DNA of 63,899 bases, the filler included, from Olpidium bornovanus S191 (Eukaryota; Fungi; Olpidiomycota), in the NCBI GenBank assembly GCA_017911155.1. It is 26 parts of 26 records of this genome, joined end to end, with 100 filler letters (N's around TTAATTAATTAA, not from the genome) between each part and the next. Parts side by side here need not be neighbours in the genome. Positions count along the whole stretch, not along the records: positions 6,400 to 9,550 come from JAEFCI010013100.1; positions 9,651 to 11,462 come from JAEFCI010008986.1; positions 11,563 to 12,670 come from JAEFCI010003367.1; positions 12,771 to 20,061 come from JAEFCI010005321.1; positions 20,162 to 21,845 come from JAEFCI010010278.1; positions 21,946 to 23,542 come from JAEFCI010000542.1; 20 more parts are not named here. One strand, given 5' to 3'. The notes under the pieces are model-generated. The model was not told the DNA's origin, did not search any database, and worked only from the letters and a program-made list of their open reading frames with translations. The position numbers and the translations under genes were made by a program. Position 1 is the first letter of the stretch. Each line of letters starts with the position of its first letter. Shown in pieces: positions 9,249 through 22,045 of this stretch.

Positions 9249-10225
9249 CAGGTCCTTTCGTGAACAACGTATTATCCCGTTGTCTCGAAAACGACACCGG
9301 GCGCCGTCGTTTTCTTCTTCAGTGACCAAGTTCAAGACCGCGGGAAAAAAGCCGGGCCCGTCGTTGAGTCACCGCATTTACAAAAACAACATATCTGATG
9401 TTCGCATACCACCGTTGAAACCCATCGCTCATGTAGTTGCTGCGATATTCAAACACGTAAGGCTCAGAGAAGCTCACGGTGTGGCCGAGGTGAGGGCCTC
9501 AAAAGCGCAGCGACTTGGGGCAAAATCGACGGTGGCCTCTGTCAAAGCTGNNNNNNNNNNNNNNNNNNNNNNNNNNNNNNNNNNNNNNNNNNNNTTAATT
9601 AATTAANNNNNNNNNNNNNNNNNNNNNNNNNNNNNNNNNNNNNNNNNNNNAACTCCCTTTGGCGGTGTACTGGCCTTTAACCAGACTGCGAAAAAAAAAT
9701 AATCGCGTTTTGCTAGCGCTTACGTGTCCTCCCGCTTTTCTTTTTTTATTTCACGGGATACTTGACTCATGCAAATTGGGCCCAAGCGGGGCTTTCGATG
9801 GGGAGAGGAAGGGGGAAGTCCGAGGGGCTATCCCTCAATTTCGCGCTTCGCGGGGCGCTCGCCGACGCTCATGAATCATTTGACGCAAGGGCGAGCAGCG
9901 CGGAAGGGGACGCCCACGTTTCCCGAAACAGCGCGTTGCTCCTGACAAGGGCTCCGCGGCCTGACGAGGACAACGACGTTTTATAAACTCGTCCCACCAC
10001 GCACAATCCTCTGCGGACGAATGTCGGTTCCTCCCGCTTCAATTCCGCATCGCCTTTTTTTCAGCAAACGAACCGGAACCCCGTCGGCGCACGGGCTTTC
10101 AAGAATTCTTCGATGCGCCAGGTCTGTAATATATCAAAATCACCACCTTTGCACGTCGGAAAACCAGACCGGCTTTAACACCTGTTGTGCGAATATTAGA
10201 CACAATCAAAAAAAGGAATGTGCGA

Positions 10226-11416
10226 CTAGTCTGAAAAAGACCACGGCGGCGAGGGCGGGCAGCCCATCGCCGGCGCGGGAGCGAGAAGCATCTGGTCGTC
10301 GCCGCCGTAGTCTGCGACGGCGTGGATTGAACGTAGTGGCGGAGAGGACGGCACGAAAGGTTCCCAGGCCGTCGGCGGTGAGCTCGTCAACGCGTCGAAC
10401 GCCGGGCCGTTGTCATTACGCGGATGGTAGTGTCCCGCCGAGATCTGCAGGGCGTCGACGTCCGAAAACGACGAGCGCATCTCTGCAAAGAACGGCTCGC
10501 CCGGGTCCACTGACAGTAGCTGGACGTAGCGAGCGGTGTGTGAGCGCCGAGGAAACGTGCGATCTGAACGTTCTCAAGAGAGGTACGGCGCCAGGCTAAG
10601 AAGGAACCCCGACCTGGGTGCCGGTGAACTTCAGCTTGGGCAGTTTGACTCTGCTAGCAACAGCATATAGGCCGGCCGCCGTCAACGCCGCCGCCCGCTC
10701 TGCATCCTTGACGACGTTGCCTTGGGGCGTCTGGCATTTGTCCGCCTGAACGTTTGCTTCGGGGAATCCTCCCGAACGGGATCAGGAAATGAAGAGCATG
10801 GCGTCCGCTGAGCCGGGGAGGGGGATTTGTCAGCTTCCGTACCTCGAGCAACCCCACGGCTTTCCTCCCGAATTTGGGCCGCCGCCGGCACAACCTTGCC
10901 ACGGCGGCCGAGATGGTTGGGATGTGCCTGCTGATGTGCGTCACCCTCTGGTCATCATACAAAAACAGCACGGCGCAAGTCAGCTGAGCTCCAGCACAGT
11001 GCGCGGTTTCTTTGGGAGTAGCGGATCGGTTTCTTATGTAACCTTGCTGTACCCGGGGACGAAGACCCGCGGGTACGCTCTGCGGAGCTTATTGCACAGC
11101 AGAGTATGCACAGCAAACCGGTAGGAGGATTCCACAAAGCTGGCAATGGCTTCCTCTCCGAGTTGCACGGCTGGAGTGGTCAGGTATTTGCGAAACCTCG
11201 GGGTCTGTGATCAAACGCAAAATGGCACCTATCAAGGAGTTCGTGAACAGCGGCAAAACTGCGTCAAAAAAACCAACGGAACGACAGAAAGGATATCCGC
11301 ACAATCCCATCGCACAGTCAGCACGATTTTTCGCATGGTCCCATGATCGGGCTTTGCGCCGTGAGCATCCGTGGGAACAAGCGAGATAGCGTCTACCTCC
11401 GGGGTTAGATATGCAT
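10226..11416 (-). CDS. Hypothetical multi-exon gene fragment, unidentified
   Basis: Spliceable exons, including (D)AYLTPE..., TPRFRKYLTTPAVQLGEEAIASFVESSYRFAVHTLLCNKLRRAYPRVFVPGYSK and RVTHISRHIPTISAAVARL..., and a terminal exon ending at 10226. An acceptor with a CTAAC branch point precedes 11416. Confidence 0.4.
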
Positions 11417-11562
11417 CTGGGAGAAAATGCGACGTGTTAGACTTTGTGATGGACAACAAAACNNNNNNNNNNNNNNNNNNNNNNNNNNNNNNNNNNNNNN
11501 NNNNNNTTAATTAATTAANNNNNNNNNNNNNNNNNNNNNNNNNNNNNNNNNNNNNNNNNNNN

Positions 11563-12670
11563 CATGTTGTCCCTGGCGCGCTCCAACATCTTGTTCAGAG
11601 TGGTCAGGGTGCCTTTCTCAAACGTCCGTTGGAGGCCGTTTTCCTTCAGGATACGTTCAATGAAAGCCGGCTCCTCGGTTTGCGAGCTGCGCGGTGTCCC
11701 GAACCGCCTCTCCGGATGAGACGAGTGGCCGCTTGAACTCGGGGAGTCCGTCATCGGCGCTGGAACCAGGGGCTTCCCGTCGGCGGCCAAGGCATTGGTT
11801 TCTACGGTCGAACGTTCAGCCGCCGATAAACTCCTTTTAGTCGCCGTCGCCTGATTGCCTTCTGCGGCAGACGCCTCTTGACCTTCGGCCTTCGGCTGGT
11901 CCAAGTCCTCGGTAGCAGCATGCACGCCTCCTGAAATGGAAGAGTCAACTCGATTCTCCAAATTCTTCCTTCCCTCCTCGTTTTCGCCGGCACCGGCCAC
12001 CGGGACACCGGAGCTGCCTCCCTGTTTTTCGGAGACCGTCTTAGTCCTGTCGCCAGTTTTGCCGCTCTCCATGTTATCGCTGTTACCGCCATGTAATGGG
12101 CCGGATTCTGGCGCTCGTCTTGTGCCTTCCTCCACATGCTCGCCGACGCTCTTGCAGCCCGACGCGCCTTTGCTGCCGGACTCGCTCGTGTCACAGCTGT
12201 TCAGATTCCTGTTATTAAAACCTTGTGCGACGCTCGCCCCTTTGGAGGAGCCAAAAGCGCCGCCCGCTGTGGCTTCCTCCGGCCGCGAGGGCCCGGCAAT
12301 CTGAAGGTTTTCCGAACCAGTCCATTTTTGCAGGATGCGGATCTGCGTGTGCAGCGAACGGGTTACGGTGGACCACGAGTTGAGCACGTCAATCATATGC
12401 TGAACATGTGAGGACGCGTACTGGGAGATGTCCGCCATCATGGCAGCTCGTGACGGGTACAGAGATTCCGCGCGGTCCACGCGGGCAAGAATCTCTGCGA
12501 CATACTCGAGCACTATTGCGGTGTATTTCCTAGACACTGCCAAAGGGGACATGCCAGGAGCATTGGCTGCAGGTACGTCGGAGTTGGATTGGTAGGACTT
12601 GACGTCTGCCGCTATCGACGCCGCTTCGTTGATCCTGTCGATGGGATGATTGTAAATCGCCAGCACTGCG
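11563..12670 (-). CDS. Hypothetical protein, internal fragment (helical region plus acidic/Ser-rich linker)
   Basis: The whole 1.1-kb contig is one open minus-strand frame. Confidence 0.6.
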
Positions 12671-12770
12671 NNNNNNNNNNNNNNNNNNNNNNNNNNNNNN
12701 NNNNNNNNNNNNNNTTAATTAATTAANNNNNNNNNNNNNNNNNNNNNNNNNNNNNNNNNNNNNNNNNNNN

Positions 12771-14599
12771 CATGATGGTCGGGTAAAAGCCGTGTCTTCC
12801 GCCTTCGCACCGAACGCTGCTTCCGTCGCGCCCGAAGCGTAGGCTCCCAATCTGTCGGCAATCTTTCCCGTGGATCCAGCCGGCTTCCTCTTCTGGGATC
12901 GCCGACGAGGCGCACGTCTTTGTTGGTGCAATGCTCGCCGGTTCTGCCGGACGTCAACGTCCAACTCCCGGCCGGGCCGGTAAGACGGGTCAGCCAGCTC
13001 CGACGGCCCGCGAACCTCGCCGGAGTCACTAGGTTCCGAATCGCTTCTCCTCACGGCCGTATCTAAAACACTCGCGGGCTGTCGCTTCCGCGGGCTTCGC
13101 CGGGGAGAGGGGGATCCCGCCGCGGGGGACTCCGTTCGCGCGTCAGGAGAAAAACGGCGCGTGTGGGAGCGGCGGCTGCGCGGCGGGATTGCCACGACCA
13201 CCGCGCCGGGGTGCGGCCGCTTCCGTCCCGGCAAGCCCGGCGCCGACGTTCCTTCCGTGGGCCCTGACGGCGGCGGCGTGCGAAGCCGCCCGCCTTTGGC
13301 CTGCTGGATTTCCGCAGCCGGCGGCCTCCGTTCCGGCCGCTCAGCAGACTCCTGTGGCGTTTCGGCCCGCATCGTCGAGCACGGCCCCCTGCCCTCGAGC
13401 AACACGATGGCCGTCAGGCGCTTCTTGCTCTCGGCGACATCGAGCGGTATCCTTCCCGCCTGATCGCAAACGGACGCGCCGCAGCCGACGCCGCTCGCAA
13501 CTTTGCAGATTTGTCTCGGCGAGCGGTTCTGCCGTTTCCGCGCCTTTGGGCTCCCGGGCCGTCTCGCCTCTGCAGTTCCCGCGATCTGGGCGGCACGTGC
13601 GGACATTTTCCCCGTGGCTTCATCACCTGACGCGGGCGCAAGTAGCTGCGGGGGGGTATCGCAATTACTGTAACGAAAGAAGAACCAAAAAAGAAAACAT
13701 GAGAAAAGATAGGGCAAAACCAAAGGAGCCGTCAAGCCAAACGCCAAGAGTAACGCAGTTCCGATCCGCGCTAGAAATGGACTGAAGTGCACCTCAAGTA
13801 ATCGTGCCAGTGGTATAACGCATCGCGAAGAACCCTAACGGTGAAGTCCCACTTGTAATGGGACTTGTGCAGGACCCTCCCGTTCTGGTAGAAGTCAAAC
13901 TCTCTTGCCAGCGTCCATGGCTTGCGGACTGATTCCACGGGAAATTGGTAACGGCGCCGACAATCCCCACCCCCCTCGACAACAGCTAGCTTCCGCCGGG
14001 TGCCGCGGCCGAGATCACTAGCTGTGTGCGCGCTTACCCGTTTCCAGCACGTAGACGCCCTCCCTGCGGCTCGGTCGATCGGGAGACTTTGTGTCCAGCA
14101 GCCTCGCGAGGACGCTTTTCTTCAAAAAGGCGGAGGAAATGGAGGAAGTAGGAGGTGTTTTTTAGCGCGTCGACTCGGGTTGACAAAACGACCAGAACGG
14201 CGCCGGGCGACGGCAGACCTGCAGCTCCGCCCTCAGCTTCGCGGAGCACGAATACTCGTTTCTCAACAGCTGGTACTCCCTGCGCCGGCAAAGAAAAATT
14301 ATTCATTTTATTTTATTTTATTTTATTTTATTTTCTTTTTTTTTTTTCGTTTTCGTTTTCGTTTTCGTTCAATCTTCCGAACTTTTTGTAGGGCGTCGCC
14401 CCGCCGGCCGCCGGAGCGGAAGTGGAAACCCCGCCCCCCGGGGGCCCGCACGGCTTCGAGGGAGAACAAAAAGTTTCGGCGCCCACCCTCCCCACGAGAT
14501 CGTGATCTGCACCACGAAGTCGCCGTCCACAACAAGCAGGTGCGGGTGCGGGTCCTCCTCTTCCCTGACTGTGATGGTAAACGGCCTGAAGGCGGCCAT
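12771..14599 (-). CDS. Hypothetical multi-exon protein, 3' truncated
   Basis: Exon-like blocks MAAFRPFTITVREEED..., EKRVFVLREAEG...YFLHFLRLFEEK and RYQFPVESVRKPWTLAREFDFYQNG...HWHDYL, then a long Ser/Arg/Pro-rich exon. Introns are T-rich. Confidence 0.45.
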
Positions 14600-15308
14600 G
14601 TGCTGTACAGGCGGGCGTGGTCAGTGGGCGGGCTTCGCGCTGCGGTTGGTCGCGGGGGGAAGCCGAGAGGGCCCCCAGCTCAGCCCCGGGGCCGGCAGGC
14701 CGGATCACGTGACCGATTCCGCGTTCTCCGAAACCCCCCTCCCCGCGCCACCCCTCTCCGCTCGCGCGCGCCATGAAAACGAGATGCGTGCCAGAGCTAG
14801 AGTCAGCACGGCCAGATGTGAAAATGGATTTTATTGGGAGCGGCAAAGTCAAATCCAATGCGACTCGAGTGCCTTCCGGTCAAACAAAAGACAGGGTTCG
14901 CGTGTCGAGCGAGACGCGCGGGTCTACGGGACAGTCACGTGTCATTCGTCCATAAACATCTCCAATGCGGCTGTTGTCTGCTGCCTCCCCGGTCTCATTG
15001 GACAAGTCACCCTCTGTGGGAGAATTTGTGAAAAAATCCCCACGAAAATCTCCCTCCTGCCTCCCTGCCTTCTGGACATCAAAGGCCGTCCCGAAGGGCG
15101 GCCGAAAGCGCTAAGTGATAATAAAGACGGCTACGAAAGCGCTTCCGAACAAAACGCAACGGAAAACCGGCTCGAAACGTTTCTTCCCCACCCCAAAACG
15201 GAGAAAGCAAGCGGGTGTGGTACCGCGTCTCGACATAAAATCCCCGGTTCCTCTCCAACGCATTCCCCATCCCCATAACCTCGCCCCTCACTTCTCCCTT
15301 CGCGTACT

Positions 15309-18300
15309 TCAGTTCCTCCTCCGCCCCTTCTTCGACACGACCTTAAACCCTGCGTCACCCACTGCCTGCGGTTGGGAGACAGGGCCGACCGTCCCGGTTG
15401 CCGCTGCGGAAGGCGGTTTCAGCGCGTCGAGCCGCCGGCGCCGCACGAATTCCTCCGCGAACGCCCGTCCGTTGATCGAGGTGCTCGATGAATACACCGC
15501 CTCCGCAATGATATCCACCGTGCTCGGGTTGGGCTCCGGCGGGAACGTGAGGAACATCTGGATCAAGTTCTCGACTGCCGAAGGCCAGAAAGTGCGCAGC
15601 GCGCGCGGGCAGATGCACACCCCCGTCAGCGTGCGGTTTTCAGACGCTCCAAAATGTGTGATTGACAATTGACGGCCAAAAGCCACTGCTAGAAACGGAA
15701 GGTTGCCTTACCATTCGCGGTGTTCACGGCTCTCAGGGTCTGCCGGCACCAGTTAATGAACTCCTGGCTTGGCCCGCTAGGTGCGGCAGAGCTCCCAAGC
15801 CCCTTCTTCTTGTCGTCCGCAGCCCTAGACGGTACGCCGGCATTCCGCGTAGGGTCCACGGGGGGCCTGGCAACTGCTGGGGCGGAGCGAGCGGCGGCTT
15901 TGCCGCCGACGGTGACCCATGCAGAAGCACCCGCGGGCGTCGATCCGGACCCGCGCCGCACTGCCGCCGCCGCGCCGGCGGACGCAGGCCCGTTGGCGGC
16001 CATGTCGGCGTAGCGCTTGTTGGCCAATCCCACACCCGGCATCACGCCGCCGGCCACGTGATTCGCCGCAGGCGCTTGCCGCTGTTGCTGCAGCTGCGCA
16101 CGCTGCCTGCCCACAACCGCCGCTCGCTGCCTTTCCTCCTCCTCCTGCTGTATCTGCCTGAGGCTATGCTTCGCCGTCTGCGCGGCCTGCCACGCTTGGC
16201 CGCCCTCCGAGCGGTTGGGCGGGGTCCAAGCCGTACGTGTGGCAGCAGCCTCAATCTCCTGCACCTTGCGCACCTCGGCCGCCAGGGCCGCGGCGACCTG
16301 CCGCTCTTCCTGCGTCCGCGCCGCCTCGGCTTCGATGGCCTCAGCCGCCTGAATATCCCGCAACAACGGTGTTCCCGCGTTGCGAGTCCGCGGGTCATCA
16401 TCAAAGCACGCCCAGGGAGAAGACTTTGTAGGAGAAGGAGGTAGTTGAGCTTTGACGGTCGCAGGGGTCTTGTGCTTCCTTAACGGGACGGCACCCTCGC
16501 CAGGTTCCAAAGGCACAGAACACGGTGTCATGCTTGGTGCCTTGCGACCTCCGCCAATCGCTGCGTTGGAGGACCGGACAGAGACTTGCGCTACCTGCTC
16601 CTCGTGATCCGAGATGGGCGACCAAAGGGAAGACTTTACCGACTCCTCCGTGACTTGCCGTGCGATCGGCTCCCCGAGGGGTTTTGGTACCTCAACGGCG
16701 GGACCTTGACACGCCGCCGTCTTGTCCTCGACGAGTTCGTCTGAAGCTTCGATGCACACGGCCTTCATCATTGCCTTGGCCGTTTCGATATCGTTTCTAC
16801 CTGAAATTTCTTCCGAGGCAGCGAGAATCGCAGGTTCCGGAGCCTTCAGTGGGGAGATCGCGTCCCCGGTCTCCTGGTGCTTCTCCGGCTCTGGTGGTTG
16901 CGCCTGCTGCTGCATAGCATGGTCCACCTCCGCCGTCCCGTTCAGCAAAGAGGTAAACATTGATCCAGACGGAACCTGGGCCCAGATGGGGACTGAGTCG
17001 GCTCGTGCGGGGAATACCCGAGCGTCGCCGAGAACCAAGTTTCGCGGAGCCCACCCGTCCCCTGGACACCCGGATAACACGTTCGTCAAGCCCGAGCACA
17101 CCCCCGGCTCCGAAATGCCTGACGGCACAATCGACGTCGCGGTTGACGGCATCAGATCGCCCTGCTGCTGTGGCTGCTGTCCGTGCGGGAACTGGTGCGG
17201 CCGATGGGCCAGTTGGTGCGGCTGCTGGGTATGTTGTTGCTGCCTCAAAAATTTCTCCTGCATTTGCTGAAGCTGCACACCCTGGAGGTGGTCCGGCCGT
17301 TCGAAATTGCCGATCGTGTGCCCGTAAAATTGATCATGACCTTGCACGCCAGCGCCGGCGGCGCGTACAAAGAGCGGATTTTGGCGGTCGAACTCGGTGT
17401 ATGACGGCAAGTCCGCGGCCTGGCCGCGCGGTGGCCAGCTCGGGCCTTGCCTGTCGTTCCAATGTCCGGGTTGCTGCAGCGGAGGCGGCGGCGGCGGCGG
17501 CGGCGGCGGAGGGGGCGGCGGCGCCTGCAGACCGGTTCCCGTACCGAAAACCGTATTGCCAAACGGCACCTGGTTGCCCAGTAACGGTCCCGCGCCAGAC
17601 GCGGGAGCAATGCCGAAAAGGTTGAGTGCCGGAGGATCGGCAGTCGGGGAGTGCAGTCCACCGTTGAACGGAAGGTCGGGGGGGGCCGAGCCAAAAATCG
17701 TTCTGCCAAACGGCTGCTGGTGCAGGGGCTGCGGTGGCATCGATGACAGCGCAGGGCGCGGATTCAAGAAAGGGCGCTCGCTGTCGGCGAACATTTCGAT
17801 CAAACGACCTAGCAACGTAAAACTCTGGTCGTCCTCACGCTTGACCAGAAGGTCGTTTTTGAAAAAATGGCGGGAATACCAGTCGTGCATGTCTCTTCCA
17901 GGAAATGGACCTGTTTTGAATCAGTGGCTTGTCAGGAGCGGCAACAGGCCACGGGTCTGTTCATGATGTACTTTTTCGATCAGCAGACTCACCTTGGATG
18001 TTTCCAGCAGGGTCCATGTACACCCACAGCGCGGACGCGGGAGATGGTCCGGAGGAAGGTTGAATCAGGCCGGGCAAACGCGCTTGTCGCATCCGTCCAG
18101 CCGACATCTCCTGGAACACGTTGTCGATCCCCGGGTGCTGTTCCTGACCGACGTAGCCGTGCCCATGCACACGGTCCGCAGCGGGATAGCGAAGCGGTTC
18201 TCTTAACACGAGGTCATCGCCGTCTGGCGGCTTGGCGAGCGAATCCGGCAGCTGCTCCTGTTTGGTACCAACGGCTGTCAGGGATTTGCCGGTTGGAGAG

Positions 18301-20014
18301 GAGCACCCGTCCAAGAATGCGGCCTCAGCTGAGGAGCTGACATTGGCGGTCAGCACGGTGGCGAGCCCCCTAGAAAGATTGGATGTCCCCCCATTACCAA
18401 GAACAGGGATCGCACTACTTCCACCTGGGGAGGTCTGCAGAGCAGACGGACCTTCGGCTGTAAGGCAACCATCGTTTCGCTGCTTTTGGTCGCCTACATT
18501 AGTTGACTGACCATCGTCGCTGGACGTGAGAGGACGAGCGGGGATTCCAGAATCATCCGCTTTGTTCACACGGACGCCGTTCAAACTGTTGTCTGATTGC
18601 TTCTGGTGGTCCTGATTCAAAAAGCGGAACGTCCCGTTAAGCGGCGTGATGTTCCAGAATCCTGGAGTCGCCCAAACGAAGCACGTACATGTAAGGGGCT
18701 CTCCTCAGAGTCAAGGCTCTTCGCCATCCCGCCAAGGGCGGTTGTTCCGACAGAAGCAAAACCGGCATCGGCGACAACCACAGGGCTTGGCGACAGCGGC
18801 CCGGAATTTTCCCGGGCGGTATTGCCGCGGTCAGAGTGCCCGCCTCGTTCGGGGCGTTCGTTCCGCCCCCGCCGGGAGTACCGGTCGCCACCAATCGGCT
18901 TCTCCTTGGAGGCGCTGGAAGGGCCCCGCCGGACGTCACTGGTAACCGAGCCGCCGGCAAGGACCTGCAGACGCGAAGTTGGGTCGGAAACGGGCTTCAG
19001 AACTCACCGGGAGCTGGCGACAGAGCTTCCCGCGCCGCGCTTTTTACCCTCTTTTCAGCTTCGTTTAACGGCGAAAACGCAACGGGCGGCAGTGGTTCGT
19101 GGTTCGTAGCATACGCGTGCACGGCGATGTCCACCGGTAACGGCACAGGCCGGTACAGGGCGAGTATCGCCTCGCACGAGTATCGGAAGGGATGCACGTC
19201 GCTGTCGGGCAGGCCTCCTGCGCTCCCGGTAGTCCCCGGCGTGGAGGGTTTGCGGACCTTGGCGGCGCTCGCGCAGCACGCGGCCGTGTTCGCGGCCGAC
19301 TGTCCGCCGCCGGCTAAAACTCCCGGCGAAACCGCAGGCCCAGAGGCGGCTGACGGCGCGCGGGTGGCGGTCAGGTCGATGTGCGCCGGCGCGGCAGTCT
19401 TCGGACCTCGGCGCATCCTGCGCGCGTCGAAAGGGGAGGCAAGGGGGCGGACGGGGTCAGCGCGCGCGCGCCACGCTCGTCGGCTTTCCAACCGTGATGC
19501 CGGCAGGGTTTGTGTCGGCGAGCCGACCGCGCTGAAACCGGCGAAGCGGGGAAACGGGGTTCCGAGCAAATGAGGCCTCGCAGGGCACCTGCCAGAACGG
19601 CACGCGCGCCGCGACCTCCCGTCTGCGGGTAGTCGATCCCGGTCCCGTCAGACCACACCACACGGGCGGTGCGCGCCCTGCCCGCCCGCCCGCCCGCCCG
19701 AGTCTATCTATCTTTCCCGGCCCGGTGCGTCCCCGGGCGATTTCAGACCCGGCGGCGGCAGGTAGGGCAACGCGACACGCCGCAGCGGCTTTCGCCGGAG
19801 CGGCGGGACGGCCGCGGGCGCCTCGAGAGGAGGTTGCACAGTCCAGGGGGGGGGGGGGGGAAGGGGGGGGGGGGGGGGCGGCGGGGGGGGGGGGGGGGGG
19901 GGGGGGGGGTGGGGGTGTGGCGCCGCGCGGTCGCCGGGCGGGGCGGCGGCGAGGGCGCGCACACAGTAACAAAACGCACCAGGCCGGGCCAAAGTTCATT
20001 GTGTTCGAGGTCAT
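15309..20014 (-). CDS. GYF-domain protein (GIGYF/Smy2/Syh1-like), multi-exon
   Basis: N-terminal MNFGPAW, FRYSCEAILALYRP block, GYF domain WVYMDPAGNIQG|PFPGRDMHDWYSRHFF, and C-terminal EFINWC...IIAEAVYSSSTSINGRAFAEEFVRRR. Stop at 15309. Confidence 0.9.
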
Positions 20015-20161
20015 GTGGGCTTGGCGGTGGCAGTCCGTGGCTGCGGGGCGGGGGGGGGGGGNNNNNNNNNNNNNNNNNNNNNNNNNNNNNNNNNNNNNNN
20101 NNNNNTTAATTAATTAANNNNNNNNNNNNNNNNNNNNNNNNNNNNNNNNNNNNNNNNNNNN

Positions 20162-21692
20162 CATGCCAGCCGAGGGGGATTATGAAGTGTCAGCATTTCA
20201 AAGTAAAAGAGACAATCTGGCCCGCACCTCCGGACCACTCGGCTCTCCGCGCGCCCCCGTCGTACGGAGAACCGACCCTGTGCATAATCATCGCCCCCTT
20301 CGGCTCGCCCGTCGTTCCGCCGGTCCAGCACAGCGTCGCGACGTCCTCGGGCTTCGGCGGGATGTGCGGCCTCCGGTTCGCGCTTCCGATCTCCTCCACG
20401 CGCCCGAACGCCACCAGCTCCACCCCCAACTTTTTAGCCCTGTCCTCCTCTTCCGCCGCCGCGTCGCCGTCGACCAGGACCAGGAGCTTCAACCACGCCG
20501 CGTCCGGCTTGGCCTCGAGCAGGCCGGCGAGGTGCTTTCGCGACGTCACGAGGGCCGTGAGACAGGTCTTACCGAGAATGCGCTTGACCGTCTCCCGACC
20601 GGTGGCGTCGTACAGCGGGCACGCGCAAAGGCCGTAGAAACCGCAGGCCAGATCGGCAACCAGCCACTCTGGCGGCGTGGCCGGGAAAAACAGTTAGTGA
20701 GGCTACCCTTCACCGCTCTCGAAAACAAAAAGGCGGGAAAAAAGACCGTGGCAGGGGAGTGGGAAGGAATGACCGGAAGCGGGCAAGGCGTTTTGCGGGA
20801 CCGCGCGCGTACCTGGCGAGTCCTTTCGAGCAGAGCGCGGCAGGAAAGGCGCGCGGGTGAGCAAGCTTCTTTTTAGTTTGCGAAGCGAAACGAGTTGAGC
20901 GTTGCCGTTTTCGGGGCGGGGCGTCCGGAATCACCGTCATAAAAATGCCGAGGAAATTTTTGGAGAATTGTCCGGGGCGCAGGTCGGCCAGCCGCAGGAG
21001 GCCCGAGCCAAAGTTTGTGACGCGCTCGCTGATCTCTTCGTACGACTCCTAATTTGTCTCGTCGCGGAGGGCCCGTCGGGAGGAGGGCGCGCGAGGGGGG
21101 AGAACGCGGGAGCGCGAACGCGAACGCAGGGGTTCAAATTCAGCGGCTCTCTCCGGGCGTCTGGCAGGGGGGAGGGCCGCAAGCGCCTCATGGCATACCC
21201 AGGTGTACGGAGCGCCGGGCACTGGGCGGCGGCCCAGGTACGGCTTATTCCTCGCGCCGTTCAGGCCTTCGTGAAAAGCGTCGTAAAGCGTGACAACACC
21301 CCGAGAACCCGCAAGCCTGGGCCAGAGGGGGCAATGGAAAATCAGCGACGTCTCCACCGCCCACCGCCCATGCAAAAAAAAGAGAGAAATAGAAGGGGGG
21401 GGAGGGGGGAGGAAAGATAGAGAGAGAAAAAAAGACGCTAGCGGCAGCGGGGGACGGCAGGTGGTGAGAGAAGTCAAACGTACAAGGGCATCCCGTGGGG
21501 AGCGAACCTGTGCCTGTAAACGGCGGTCTCTTGCGAGCTGGCCCTCACCCTCGAGACGGCGGCCTGGCGGGCGAGGGCCAGCGGGTGAACGTCGGGCTCG
21601 GCGGCCTCGAGGGCCCGCGAGTACAGAAATGCCACGAGCAGCAAGAGTGCCGCCAGCACGAGCGAGGCGGTATTGAGCTCGAGCCCGGACAT
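20162..21692 (-). CDS. Long-chain fatty acyl-CoA synthetase, 5' half
   Basis: N-terminal membrane anchor, TLYDAFHEG...PYLGRR, PLYDATG, and the AMP-binding motif DVATLCWTGGTTGEPKGAMIMH. Confidence 0.85.
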
Positions 21693-21697
21693 TTTTC

Positions 21698-21731
<34 letters not shown>

Positions 21732-22045
21732 GGGGGGGGGGTTTTTTTTTTTTTTGTTTTTTTTTTGGGGGGTTTTTTTAAAAAGTTTTTGGTTACCCGG
21801 GGAAAACAATTGTAAGTTGCCGGGTGGGGCCCCCGCGGCCTGGGGNNNNNNNNNNNNNNNNNNNNNNNNNNNNNNNNNNNNNNNNNNNNTTAATTAATTA
21901 ANNNNNNNNNNNNNNNNNNNNNNNNNNNNNNNNNNNNNNNNNNNNCCTCTGAAAACCACTGCCATTGCCAAGAGCGGCGCAGAATTGGGGCATCACACGG
22001 AGCGTGCTCGAGCGACAGACGCTGGACGAGCGGAAAACTTCAGCG

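Noticed and set aside
13448-13456. Other U12-like donors (GTATCCTTC at 13448 +; GTATCCTTTT near 38110 -)
   Set aside because: The first is antisense to the local gene and the second is in a retroelement 3' UTR; neither has a convincing branch site in a gene context.
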